Source: a bacterium
Lineage (GTDB): Bacteria; Patescibacteriota; Patescibacteriia; S139-126; S139-133
Length of the DNA stretch: 30,264 bases
Reading direction: 5' to 3'
Assembly: GCA_030429785.1 (NCBI GenBank)
Contig: JAUIEQ010000001.1
Span: 1 to 30,264 of the forward strand
Made by a program: the position numbers and the translations under genes. Below are positions 7,959-17,314 of the stretch, piece by piece. The notes under the pieces are model-generated. The model saw only the letters and a program-made list of their open reading frames with translations. It made no database searches and was not told where the DNA came from. Each line of letters begins with the position of its first letter. Positions within the stretch are counted from its first letter, which is position 1.

Positions 7959-10900
7959 TTAGAGTAATTGTTCAGCCAACAGTTCATGTACGCGTTGACG
8001 GATGCTCTCATTATAGCTAATAGAGAAGTCGGTGGCAATTTTTTTGACCGAGTTGGTACCTTTGACTTGCAATCGTACGGTGTATGGCCCAGGAATGGTG
8101 GTGAAGTATTGTTTGAGCTGCTCAGTAAGTATGGTTGTTGGTTCGATGGGTAAGTATAGTACAATTTGGTTACCTTCAGGCTGAATAATGAAATCTGACC
8201 GTGTGATTGATTTTATTTTGCCCTCAGCAACTTTTTTGATGTGGTTAAGATTGATTGGTTTGACTGATTCTCCTAGTAGCTTGTGTTCACCATCTTTGTC
8301 CGAAACACGACCCGTAACGAGGATGGTGGTTCCTTCTATCCAGATATGCTGGGTGGTGGCAAGTAGTTTTGGAAAAATAAGAACTTCAATAGGGCTGGTG
8401 TGATCTTCAAGTGTTGCAAACAGCATGGAGTCACCTTTTTTGGTTATAATTCGTTGCAGCTTTGTGACAACGCCGATTACTTGAATAGTGTTGTCTACAT
8501 GCTGAGGGAGCGCATCACACAGTGTTATGCCGATGTTTTGTAGATATGGTTTAAAAGCATTCATCGGGTGGTTGGTGATGTATAGACCAAGATAAAACTT
8601 TTCCCAGGATAATTGTTCTTCAGTTGGAATTTGTTCAGCTGGACTCAGATGAAGTGGTGGAGCTGATTCATCAATCATGCCAAACAAACTTGTTTGACCA
8701 CTCAGCGATTCTTGTTTTGCGCGTTTGTTATAGTTGATGAGCATGTCGAGGTTATGGAGCATCTGTCCTTGATCTCCAAGTGAATTTAAGGCGCCTGACT
8801 TGATCATGCTTTCGAGTGATTTCTTGTTAACATCTTTATCATGCACTCTGAACAATAGGTCGGCGAGTGATGTATACTTTCCATTAGCTTTACGTTCTTT
8901 GATAATTGCTTTGATGACACCACCACCGAGATTTTTGATAGCAGTGAGTCCAAAGCGAATCCGGGGCGTATCAGTCGCTAAACTTTCTGCTACAACAGTA
9001 AAATCTGAGAAGCTTTCATTAACGTCAGGTGCTAGTACTTCAATGCCAATTTTTCGGCATTCTTCAATCTCGATTGTTACTCGATCCATATTTTCTTGAT
9101 CGGCTGTGAGTAATGCTGCCATAAATTCAACAGGGTAGTTTGCTTTGAGATATGCTGTTTGGTATGCGATCATGGCATAGCAAGCAGCATGCGATCGATT
9201 GAATCCATACCGTGCAAATGGCAAGATAAACTCCCAAATCTGTTTTGCGGTGTCTTGGTCAATGCCGCCATTGACCATTCCTTTAATTATTTTTATTTCT
9301 TGCTCGTCAAGCAGTTTTTTAATTTTTTTACCCACTGCTTTGCGAAGGACATCAGCTTCACCATAGGTAAAGCCAGCTAGATCGCGGGCGATTTGCATGA
9401 TTTGTTCTTGGTATACAGCAATACCGTATGTCTTTCCTAAAATTGGCTCAAGTTTTGAATTGAGATAAGTAACTTCTCGTGTCCCGTGTTTACCGCCAAT
9501 GTAGTCAGGGATGAACTCCATAGGTCCAGGGCGGTACAGTGATACCATCACAATAATATCTTCAATCTCAGTTGGTTTGAGCATTTTGAGGTACCGTTTC
9601 ATGCCAGCAGACTCAAGTTGGAACACGCCAGTCGTATTTGCATCTTGGAGCAGGGCAAATGTTTTTGCATCGTCAAGTGGTAGATTTTCAATGTCAATAG
9701 TAACGGTGTGTATTTTCTGTATAATACGCAACGCCGCTTCAAGTAGAGTGAGGTTTTTGAGACCCAAAAAGTCCATTTTCAAAAGCCCAAGTGCTTCCAC
9801 TGGACCCATTGGATATTGTGTTACTACGGTGTTGTCGTCAGTTGATGAGTACTGTAATGGTACATATTCGGTGAGGGCATTTTTTGTAATCACAACTCCA
9901 CATGCGTGTGTGGAAGTGTGTCTGACGCCGCCTTCGAGTTTGTGAGCAGCGTCAATAATGCTTTGAGCAAGATCATCTTCTTGATACAGGGCTTTGAGTT
10001 CAGGAACAACATCCATTGCTTCATCCAGTGATGTGAACATTGGTATGAGTTTTGCAATTCGATCACACAACGAGTACGGTGCGCCCAGCACACGACCAAC
10101 ATCGCGTACAACAACTCGGGCTGCCATGGTTCCAAACGTGATAATTTGAGCAACTTTGTCATGTCCATATTTATTTGCTGCGTACGCAATCACTTCATCT
10201 CGGCGAGTATCAGCAAAATCAATATCGATATCAGGCATTGATACACGCTCTGGATTGAGAAAGCGCTCAAAAAGTAAGTCGTATTTTAGTGGGTCGATAT
10301 TTGTTATACGAGTCAAGAATGCAACTAACGAGCCAGCGGCACTGCCGCGACCTGGACCAACAATGATGCCTTGGGCTTTTGCCCAGTTAATAAAATCTTG
10401 CACAATTAAAAAGTATGACGCATATCCAGTTTTGCCAATAATTGATAATTCATAGTCAAGTCGCTCAGCTAGTTCTGGCGGCACTTTTGGATAGAGTTTG
10501 GAAATATTTTGTTCGCACAATGCACGTAAGTATGAGTCAGGATCATGTTCTTTGGGTACTTCAAAATATGGCAGTTGAATCTCTCCGAGTGGAATGTCGA
10601 GATTACACATGTCAGCTACTTTGAGGGTATTTGCTAGTACTTCTGGGTGGTCCGGAAAAGCTGCACGCATTGTATTAGGAGAGCAAAATGACGCATCAAC
10701 ATCAAGTAAATTCATGCGGTCAGTATCGCTTTTTTTGCGTTTTGTTTGCAAACAAATCAAAATATCGTGTGCATCTGCGTCATCGTGGTTGGGATAGTGA
10801 GCGTCATTCGTCGCTACAATAGGTACGCCGGTTTTTTTACTGAGTTCAAATAACCCTTGATTGACAATACCTTGCTCAGGCAGCTTTGGGTGACTTTGGA

Positions 10901-11420
10901 CTTCAAGAAAGTAATTATCCTCACCAACGATTTTTTGATACTCATAAATCCGTTGTTCTGCTTTATTTAAATCACCACTAAGAATGATTTGTGGAATTTC
11001 TCCCTTAAGGCACGCGGAAAGTATAATAATACCTTCGCTGTGTTGCTTGAGTAATTCAAGATCAATGCGGGGTTTGTAATAAAATCCTTCAAGGTGAGCA
11101 ATCGTCGTTAGTTTGATGAGATTTTTGTAGCCAGTGAGGTTTTTGGCTAGCAGCACAAGATGATTGTTGAGTGCGTCTGTCTTTGATTGTTTGTTGGTAT
11201 GTCCGTTTGGTGCGACATAGCTTTCAACTCCTATAATCGGTTTGATGTCATGCTTAAGGCATTTTTGATAAAACTCAATAGCGCCATACATAACACCATG
11301 GTCTGTCAGTGCGACGGCTGGCATTTCATACTGCTTGGCTAGTGCTATGATGCTGTCTATTTTTGACAAGCCATCAAGTAGTGAGAAGTGACTATGAACG
11401 TGAAGGTGAACGAAGCTCAT
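7959..11420 (-). CDS. dnaE: DNA polymerase III subunit alpha
   Basis: PHP domain (HLHVHSHFSLLDG, TDHG), GPGRGSAAGSLV, PDIDIDF, FARYGFNRSHA and C-terminal OB fold; 1153 aa, no intein-sized insert. Confidence 0.98.
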   Translation of the reverse strand: MSFVHLHVHSHFSLLDGLSKIDSIIALAKQYEMPAVALTDHGVMYGAIEFYQKCLKHDIKPIIGVESYVAPNGHTNKQSKTDALNNHLVLLAKNLTGYKNLIKLTTIAHLEGFYYKPRIDLELLKQHSEGIIILSACLKGEIPQIILSGDLNKAEQRIYEYQKIVGEDNYFLEVQSHPKLPEQGIVNQGLFELSKKTGVPIVATNDAHYPNHDDADAHDILICLQTKRKKSDTDRMNLLDVDASFCSPNTMRAAFPDHPEVLANTLKVADMCNLDIPLGEIQLPYFEVPKEHDPDSYLRALCEQNISKLYPKVPPELAERLDYELSIIGKTGYASYFLIVQDFINWAKAQGIIVGPGRGSAAGSLVAFLTRITNIDPLKYDLLFERFLNPERVSMPDIDIDFADTRRDEVIAYAANKYGHDKVAQIITFGTMAARVVVRDVGRVLGAPYSLCDRIAKLIPMFTSLDEAMDVVPELKALYQEDDLAQSIIDAAHKLEGGVRHTSTHACGVVITKNALTEYVPLQYSSTDDNTVVTQYPMGPVEALGLLKMDFLGLKNLTLLEAALRIIQKIHTVTIDIENLPLDDAKTFALLQDANTTGVFQLESAGMKRYLKMLKPTEIEDIIVMVSLYRPGPMEFIPDYIGGKHGTREVTYLNSKLEPILGKTYGIAVYQEQIMQIARDLAGFTYGEADVLRKAVGKKIKKLLDEQEIKIIKGMVNGGIDQDTAKQIWEFILPFARYGFNRSHAACYAMIAYQTAYLKANYPVEFMAALLTADQENMDRVTIEIEECRKIGIEVLAPDVNESFSDFTVVAESLATDTPRIRFGLTAIKNLGGGVIKAIIKERKANGKYTSLADLLFRVHDKDVNKKSLESMIKSGALNSLGDQGQMLHNLDMLINYNKRAKQESLSGQTSLFGMIDESAPPLHLSPAEQIPTEEQLSWEKFYLGLYITNHPMNAFKPYLQNIGITLCDALPQHVDNTIQVIGVVTKLQRIITKKGDSMLFATLEDHTSPIEVLIFPKLLATTQHIWIEGTTILVTGRVSDKDGEHKLLGESVKPINLNHIKKVAEGKIKSITRSDFIIQPEGNQIVLYLPIEPTTILTEQLKQYFTTIPGPYTVRLQVKGTNSVKKIATDFSISYNESIRQRVHELLAEQLL

Positions 11421-11442
11421 ACAGAATTGCTAAGGCAACGAA

Positions 11443-11467
11443 ACACTCGCAGATGCATGGCGAGTGT
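11443..11467 (-). terminator. Probable terminator or hairpin upstream of dnaE
   Basis: ACACTCGC / GCGAGTGT 8-bp stem with a short T tract on the minus strand. Confidence 0.45.
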
Positions 11468-11519
11468 AGTGTTTGTGAATTACAATGTGACTCATAACGG
11501 CAACAGCGGTATATGGAAA

Positions 11520-11837
11520 CTATTGTTCTGAATCGTCTGGTTGTTTGTTCGAATTGCTTCCACTGGTTGTTCGTGCGTTGATCCAGTTAAGGATTGTTTT
11601 CATGCCCTCAAACAAAAATTTGAATTGCAATGACGCATCTCCAATTTTTTGTTTGACTGCGCCAGCTACATCATGAACTGTATTGATTGCGTCTTTTGCG
11701 CTTGTGATCACTGCGCGAGTGTCTCTGGTCACTGACACAATAACATACAAAACCCATGTTATGCCAAAAGCAACAGCCATGACACTGATAGCTATTGCTA
11801 GATACATTATTTCTTGTGCATACGTGATGATGCCCAT
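11520..11837 (-). CDS. Small membrane protein, DUF948-like (TM helix plus amphipathic coiled coil)
   Basis: N-terminal TM segment followed by a long helical repeat-like region. Confidence 0.5.
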   Translation of the reverse strand: MGIITYAQEIMYLAIAISVMAVAFGITWVLYVIVSVTRDTRAVITSAKDAINTVHDVAGAVKQKIGDASLQFKFLFEGMKTILNWINARTTSGSNSNKQPDDSEQ

Positions 11838-11924
11838 AATTTTTTTGAATAGTTATTTAGATTATAGTATAGCATATTTCATTTTTTGCAAAAAATGCAG
11901 TACAATACGTATATACAAATACCT

Positions 11925-12803
11925 ATGGACTTCAACACAGGGCTTAGTGACAAACAACTCAAGATTGGTTATTGGTATACTCGACATCGTGTAGTAGTTC
12001 GGGCTAGTTTGATATCTTTTGGTTTTTTGGTAGTGAGTTTAGTACTGTTTGTTAATGTCAAAAATATTTTGGATTTTTATATCTATGATGAAATTGGTGT
12101 CATACAACGCCAAATTGTGAATCTTAATGTAGTTGATACAATTGGAAGTAGAAATTATACGCAGCCGTTATTTGTTGGTGAGACGGCATTGATTCAACGA
12201 GGTGAAGCAGCATTTGATTTTGTAGCATCGGTAACAAATCCAAATCGTACCTATGCGCTTGAAGATGTTGCATTCACGTTCTCAGTGCCAGGTTGGACAA
12301 GTGAGCCGATTCATGAACAGTTCATGCCAGGGGAACGAAAATGGGTCCTGTTGACTAATGTTACGGATGATTTTTTGAATCAGTATACTACAGCTGATCC
12401 TCCGGCAGTGCGTTTGACTATGGCAGGGCATGACTGGAACCGAGTAAAAAATCCAGATGCGTATGATGCATTTGGAAGATTTAATGATACTGGCTTGCGG
12501 GTTACAAGTGAGCAAACCAGTAGACCTTCACCTAATGTACGTGATTTTTCTTTTGATCTTATTAATGAATCAGTGTATAACTACCGTGCTGTTGATATTA
12601 GAATAGTTTTGTATAGCGGAAATGATATTGTTGCGGCAAATGCTTTGACTGTTAATACAATCCGTTCTGGACAAACACGCCCAACATCATTACGATGGTT
12701 CTATGAGATTCCTCGAGTAAACAGATGGGATATAACTATTGGAACTGATATGTTGGATGAGGATAATTTTCTGCCGTATACATTAGATCAAATAACCAAG
12801 TAG
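11925..12803 (+). CDS. Membrane-anchored hypothetical protein with beta-rich, FxLYD-like extracellular domains
   Basis: Single TM; F.V.N.N and LIN.S.Y....V.I.IVLY patterns. Stop is 1 nt before the rodA start. ATG 11925 preferred over track start 11886. Confidence 0.55.
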   Translation: MDFNTGLSDKQLKIGYWYTRHRVVVRASLISFGFLVVSLVLFVNVKNILDFYIYDEIGVIQRQIVNLNVVDTIGSRNYTQPLFVGETALIQRGEAAFDFVASVTNPNRTYALEDVAFTFSVPGWTSEPIHEQFMPGERKWVLLTNVTDDFLNQYTTADPPAVRLTMAGHDWNRVKNPDAYDAFGRFNDTGLRVTSEQTSRPSPNVRDFSFDLINESVYNYRAVDIRIVLYSGNDIVAANALTVNTIRSGQTRPTSLRWFYEIPRVNRWDITIGTDMLDEDNFLPYTLDQITK

Positions 12804-12804
12804 C

Positions 12805-13911
12805 ATGGCTCAAGCTTCAGTATGGTCTATAGCTCGAAGAATGGATTGGCTCATGGTAGCCATTTCTTTGTTATTGGTTTGTTTTGGATTGATGATTTTG
12901 TATAGTCTTGAGGTGAATGCGCAAGAGGAGTTGGTTTTCTTTCGTAAACAACTCATTTTTTTTGTTAGTGGTTTGGTATTGTTTTGTGCTGCGGCTATTT
13001 TTCGATTTCAGCATTTGGTGTCATATGGATGGTGGTTGTATGTGTTGGGCTTGGCATTGTTGGTTGGGGTGATGCTTTTTGGTCAAGAAATTAGGGGAGT
13101 GAAGGGGTGGTTCATTATTGGGCCACTGAGTTTTCAGCCAGTTGAAGTTGTGAAAGTATGTATAGTGTTGTTTTTTGCCAAGTACTTTTCCGAACATAGT
13201 CATCAATTCACTCAATTGTCCTATATTGGAACAAGTATTGCGCTCATTGCACCGTATATGGCGTTGCTGATGTTACAGCCTGATCTTGGGTCTGGTTTTA
13301 TTGTAGGCATGATTTGGCTGGTTATGTTGTTATTTACACGGATTCAAGGAAAGCACATGATGGCTTTGTTCTTGTGTATAGCGGTTGCTGCGGTTGGGAG
13401 TTGGTTTGTTTTGGCGGATTATCAAAAAGCTCGATTAACAACATTTATTAACCCGGAGCTTGATCCGCAAGGAAGTGGGTACAATATCAGGCAAGCAATT
13501 ACTGCAGTTGGGTCTGGCCAACTACTAGGCAGAGGGCTTGGTTTGGGTCCACAATCGCAATTAAGGTTCTTACCAGAAAATAAAACGGACTTTATTTTTT
13601 CAGTGATAGCTGAGGAGCTCGGATTTGTTGGTGCAGTTGTATTGATTGTGTTATTTGGAATATTGTTATACCGATTGCAATACATAGTTCGGCATACTGA
13701 TTCAGCCTTTGGACAGTTTATTGTTATTGGGACGATTGTGTTCATAGCTACGCAGACGTGTATGAATATCGCTATGAACTTAAGCTTGTTTCCGGTAACA
13801 GGAATTCCATTGCCATTGGTTAGTCAAGGGGGTAGTTCATTGTGGTCTGTATTGATAGCACTAGGAATAGCGCAGAGCGTAACTATATACAGCTCAACTA
13901 GACGAGTGTAG
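12805..13911 (+). CDS. rodA: Rod shape-determining protein RodA (FtsW/RodA/SpoVE family)
   Basis: FQPVEVVK, LQPDLGS, YQKARL..F..PELDPQGSGYN, LPENKTDFIFSVIAEELG and TGIPLPLVSQGGSS motifs. Confidence 0.9.
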   Translation: MAQASVWSIARRMDWLMVAISLLLVCFGLMILYSLEVNAQEELVFFRKQLIFFVSGLVLFCAAAIFRFQHLVSYGWWLYVLGLALLVGVMLFGQEIRGVKGWFIIGPLSFQPVEVVKVCIVLFFAKYFSEHSHQFTQLSYIGTSIALIAPYMALLMLQPDLGSGFIVGMIWLVMLLFTRIQGKHMMALFLCIAVAAVGSWFVLADYQKARLTTFINPELDPQGSGYNIRQAITAVGSGQLLGRGLGLGPQSQLRFLPENKTDFIFSVIAEELGFVGAVVLIVLFGILLYRLQYIVRHTDSAFGQFIVIGTIVFIATQTCMNIAMNLSLFPVTGIPLPLVSQGGSSLWSVLIALGIAQSVTIYSSTRRV

Positions 13912-13925
13912 ATACTGGTATCGCC

Positions 13926-13954
13926 TTGACAATAGTGGCAATATGCGGTACGGT
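13926..13954 (+). promoter_or_regulatory. Probable sigma70 promoter for rplY
   Basis: TTGACA, 17 nt spacer, TACGGT. Confidence 0.45.
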
Positions 13955-13992
13955 TAGAGTCGTTATATACATATTATTAATTACTTTAATGT

Positions 13993-14664
13993 ATGAGCTC
14001 AGAGGCACAGACAGCTGTGCTTGCAGCACAGTTGCGAACTTCAGACGAGTCAGCAGCTACGCTTCGTAAGCAAGGTTTTGTCCCGATTGAATTATACGGG
14101 AAACATACAGATAATAAGCAACTAAAAGTATCAGCGGTAGCTTTTTCAAAGATATTTGAAAAAGCAGGTGAAAGTACATTAATCGATCTTATGGTTGGTG
14201 ATACGTCAGATGGTAAAGTGTTGATCAAGGATATACAATTTGACCCGGTCAAAGATGCTATTATCCATGCTGATTTGTATCAGATTGATATGAATGAAAC
14301 GTTGCATACTGAAATTCCATTAGTGTTTATTGGTGAGTCACCAGCAGTCAAGCAACAAGGAGGTACGCTTGTAAAACAAGTTGATAAAATTGAAATCAAA
14401 TGTCTTCCAGGTGATTTGATACATGATATTCAAGTTGATATTTCAGTTTTACAAGAATTTACTGACTCAATTCAAGTTGAAAATCTTACGGTTCCAGAAA
14501 CCATTGAAGTATTGACAGACCCTACAGTACTTATCGTGTCAGTGGCTGAGCCTCGCAAAGTTGAAGAAGCGGCTGCGCAACCTGCTGAAGGTACTGAAGC
14601 GCAAGCGGAAAAAGAAAGTGAAGAAGCAGAAGCTAATAATCAAGCAGAAGAGTCAAAAGAATAA
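13993..14664 (+). CDS. rplY: 50S ribosomal protein L25 / general stress protein Ctc
   Basis: LRKQGFVPIELYG, VLIKDIQFDPV...IHADLY, GESPAVKQQGGTL, CLPGDLIHDIQVDIS and acidic tail. Confidence 0.95.
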   Translation: MSSEAQTAVLAAQLRTSDESAATLRKQGFVPIELYGKHTDNKQLKVSAVAFSKIFEKAGESTLIDLMVGDTSDGKVLIKDIQFDPVKDAIIHADLYQIDMNETLHTEIPLVFIGESPAVKQQGGTLVKQVDKIEIKCLPGDLIHDIQVDISVLQEFTDSIQVENLTVPETIEVLTDPTVLIVSVAEPRKVEEAAAQPAEGTEAQAEKESEEAEANNQAEESKE

Positions 14665-14682
14665 TTCGTTATGCTGCACACT

Positions 14683-14715
14683 AAAAAACCTTACCATTTG
14701 TTGGTAAGGTTTTTT
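14683..14715 (+). terminator. Intrinsic terminator after rplY
   Basis: AAAAAACCTTACCA-tttgt-TGGTAAGGTTTTTT. Confidence 0.85.
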
Positions 14716-14765
14716 GATATGTTGTTTCATGTGATATACTGCTTATAAATAGTAAGGAGGTTTGT

Positions 14766-15239
14766 ATGGCACGATCGTCACGAAAAAAACAACTGCTAGT
14801 ATTTACCAATGTACGGATGAGTGTATTGGCAATTGTTTTTGTATTATTTTGCTTAGGTGCAGTGGTTCATTTTCAAAATCAAGAAATTGAAACTCGTGAT
14901 GCGCGTCGTATTAATGATCTCAAACAAATGCAAACAGTGTTGAATTATCATTATCAGCTGTACAAGACATACCCGCTTGCTGAAGCGCCGGTATGTTTTG
15001 AAGATTTGAGTGCGGAGATCAGAAGTGTAGTGCCATGGTTGGTTGTATTACCACAGGATCCATCGCACGGAAATTCAGCTGTGCAACCACGCCAGGCTTG
15101 TTATAACTATCTTTCGCCAGACGGGCAGTCGTACATACTGCGTGCAGCACTTGAGAAAAATAATTTTAGCATGGTTCATGACAATGGTTCTTCTGAAGAA
15201 TGGTTTGAGGTTTCTGCTCCTGCTATAGGTAGTTTTTAA
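14766..15239 (+). CDS. Pilin/pseudopilin (GspG-like) protein lacking a canonical prepilin motif
   Basis: TM helix, then RDARRINDLKQMQ..L..Y..YP, LPQDP and Y.Y.S.DG.SY.L.A.LE. Confidence 0.7.
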   Translation: MARSSRKKQLLVFTNVRMSVLAIVFVLFCLGAVVHFQNQEIETRDARRINDLKQMQTVLNYHYQLYKTYPLAEAPVCFEDLSAEIRSVVPWLVVLPQDPSHGNSAVQPRQACYNYLSPDGQSYILRAALEKNNFSMVHDNGSSEEWFEVSAPAIGSF

Positions 15240-15249
15240 ACGCATACAT

Positions 15250-15765
15250 ATGTCATCTGATAAGCCAAAATTCAAGACATCCAAACTGCAAAAAAGTTTT
15301 GCTGTGCTCATTGTTGCATGTGTGGCAATTATTTTCTTTGCCGGTTTTGATAATGTTCGTGCTAAAGCGCGTGACACCAAACGACAATCAGATGCGCAGG
15401 ATATTTTGCGAGGTCTAGAGCTCTATGCAGCTCGTCACAATGGCTTGTATCCTGAGGTAACTGATTTTGATTATGGTGGATGGGATACAACTATCGAGCC
15501 TGACAATACGCAACCTCGTTTTGTTGAAGGGTTGGTGCGAGAAGGGATTTTGAGCGGATACCCAGCAGACCCAGTCAATAACGAAGTGTACTTTTATCGA
15601 TACCAAAAGTTTGAAGCTGGTGATTTTGGTTGCACACAACCGTTTATTGTGTTTCAAATTTTTAATTTTGAAGCAACGCACGAAGATCATGGTGCGGCAG
15701 CATGTCCTGAGCGAGATTTTGGACAAGAGGTTCCAAATGGTTTTTCAATTCAACGGTTTGAGTAA
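15250..15765 (+). CDS. Pilin/pseudopilin (GspG-like) protein lacking a canonical prepilin motif
   Basis: TM helix, then RAKARDTKRQSDAQDILRGLELY...NGLYP, YPADP and a C-terminal Cys pair. Confidence 0.75.
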   Translation: MSSDKPKFKTSKLQKSFAVLIVACVAIIFFAGFDNVRAKARDTKRQSDAQDILRGLELYAARHNGLYPEVTDFDYGGWDTTIEPDNTQPRFVEGLVREGILSGYPADPVNNEVYFYRYQKFEAGDFGCTQPFIVFQIFNFEATHEDHGAAACPERDFGQEVPNGFSIQRFE

Positions 15766-15768
15766 TGT

Positions 15769-16842
15769 ATGACAAAAATATCATTCGATGCAATCAAGAA
15801 ACGACAATCAAAACCCTACTGGTACTTGCTAGTAGGATTTATTATCATGGTTGCGGCTGGTGCTGGTATAGTGTTGTTTAGTCCTGATGCAAACACAGCT
15901 GTTGAACTGGGTGTTGATGAAACCTTGGTGCAATCAACTGATATGACTATTTCGTCAACAGTTGTAGCGACATCTACGCATCCAGTGGCAGTGATGATTG
16001 ATAACCACTTTGATGCATGGGAGTCGCAATTTGGTTTATCACGAGCAGCTGTTGTGTATCATACGGTTGTTGAAGGTGGCGCGACACGATTTATGGCGTT
16101 ATTTGATCTTAATAGTGGTGTTGATAAGATTGGTCCAGTTCGTTCTGCTCGTCCATATTTTTTGCCATGGGTAGCTGAGTATGACGCATTATTTGTTCAT
16201 GTTGGCGGGTCGCCTGAGGCTTTGGATGATATACAATATTACAACATTACCAATATAAATGAAATGACCTCATATGGTCCAACATTTTTTTATCGCGATG
16301 ATGGCTTTTTACAACCACATAATACATTTACAACCACTGATCGCATGCGGTTGGGTCTGAATACTATCGATCGTGCAGATGTGTATGGTTCGTTATTTGA
16401 TGTATTTCCGATTGCTGAGTCTGCGCGTGTTATTGGAGCAGCAGTTGACTCAATTTATATTGATTATTCTTCAAGAAGTACCTATGATGTTGAGTATGTT
16501 TGGAATGATGCTCGTGCTGCATTGTATCGATATCGTGCAGGTGAGCAGCAGTTTGACGCAGCAACTCATAATGTCTTAGAAATTCGTAATCTTATCTTAC
16601 AAAGCATTCCCGCAGCAGTAGTTGTTGATGAGCAGCTGCGAGTACAGCTTGATGTGCTGGGACGTGGTGATGCGATATATATCGTGAATGGAATGCGAGT
16701 TGATGGTTACTGGGAGAAAGCTTCATATGACAGCAAAACCAGGTACTATACCTCTGATGACGAGTTGATGCGATTTGTTGATAGTCCGGTTTGGATTGAG
16801 GTGATACCTGAAGGAGTTGCGATGCAAATTGTTCCTCAATAA
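15769..16842 (+). CDS. DUF3048 domain-containing membrane-anchored protein (YerB-like)
   Basis: PVAVMIDNH, GLSRAAVVY...VEGGATRFMALF, IGPVRSARPYF and PHN motifs. Confidence 0.9.
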   Translation: MTKISFDAIKKRQSKPYWYLLVGFIIMVAAGAGIVLFSPDANTAVELGVDETLVQSTDMTISSTVVATSTHPVAVMIDNHFDAWESQFGLSRAAVVYHTVVEGGATRFMALFDLNSGVDKIGPVRSARPYFLPWVAEYDALFVHVGGSPEALDDIQYYNITNINEMTSYGPTFFYRDDGFLQPHNTFTTTDRMRLGLNTIDRADVYGSLFDVFPIAESARVIGAAVDSIYIDYSSRSTYDVEYVWNDARAALYRYRAGEQQFDAATHNVLEIRNLILQSIPAAVVVDEQLRVQLDVLGRGDAIYIVNGMRVDGYWEKASYDSKTRYYTSDDELMRFVDSPVWIEVIPEGVAMQIVPQ

Positions 16843-16847
16843 TAAAT

Positions 16848-16870
16848 CCCCCCTGATGTTTCAAGGGGGG
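16848..16870 (-). terminator. Terminator between convergent genes
   Basis: CCCCCC-TGA / TCA-a-GGGGGG hairpin with a T-rich tail on the minus strand. Confidence 0.55.
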
Positions 16871-16899
16871 TGCTTGGGCTCGAAGGGTTTTGAAGTTAT

Positions 16900-17259
16900 T
16901 TACGCAACGATGATTTTGGTGATATCTTTGATCTGGTATGACTTGTATCGAGCGTTAGAAATAGTTGATATTGAAATATCAGTCAAACGCGGGATGCTGT
17001 GAATAGTGAGTTGCTCGTTGAGCTGCATCGCTTTGTAAACACAAATACCATGAGTGGCGATATGACCTTCGTAGAGATGTATGGTTAGTGTTCGTATAGC
17101 GTTGAGCTGTTCGATTGAATTGATTGTATGAGGCGAGGGATTGTCTCGCAAATACTTGAGTAGTTGCTCTAGAGAAATATTTGCGCCAGATGCATACGTA
17201 TTACGTTGCGTCACTTTTCTTAACCTTCGAGCCCCTGATTTGGGTTTGTTAAGGAGCAT
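16900..17259 (-). CDS. Hypothetical protein, possible C-terminal helix-turn-helix
   Basis: AGGAGG SD; basic N-terminus; LTIHSIPRLTDISISTISNAR resembles an HTH. Confidence 0.55.
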   Translation of the reverse strand: MLLNKPKSGARRLRKVTQRNTYASGANISLEQLLKYLRDNPSPHTINSIEQLNAIRTLTIHLYEGHIATHGICVYKAMQLNEQLTIHSIPRLTDISISTISNARYKSYQIKDITKIIVA

Positions 17260-17314
17260 GACGCCTCCTGTGGTTTGGGTGAATAGTTCAAGTTGAGTAT
17301 ACAGGTAGAGTATA

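Noticed and set aside
7959-11420. Intein or intron in dnaE
   Set aside because: Continuous ORF of normal length with no splice motifs or extra domain.
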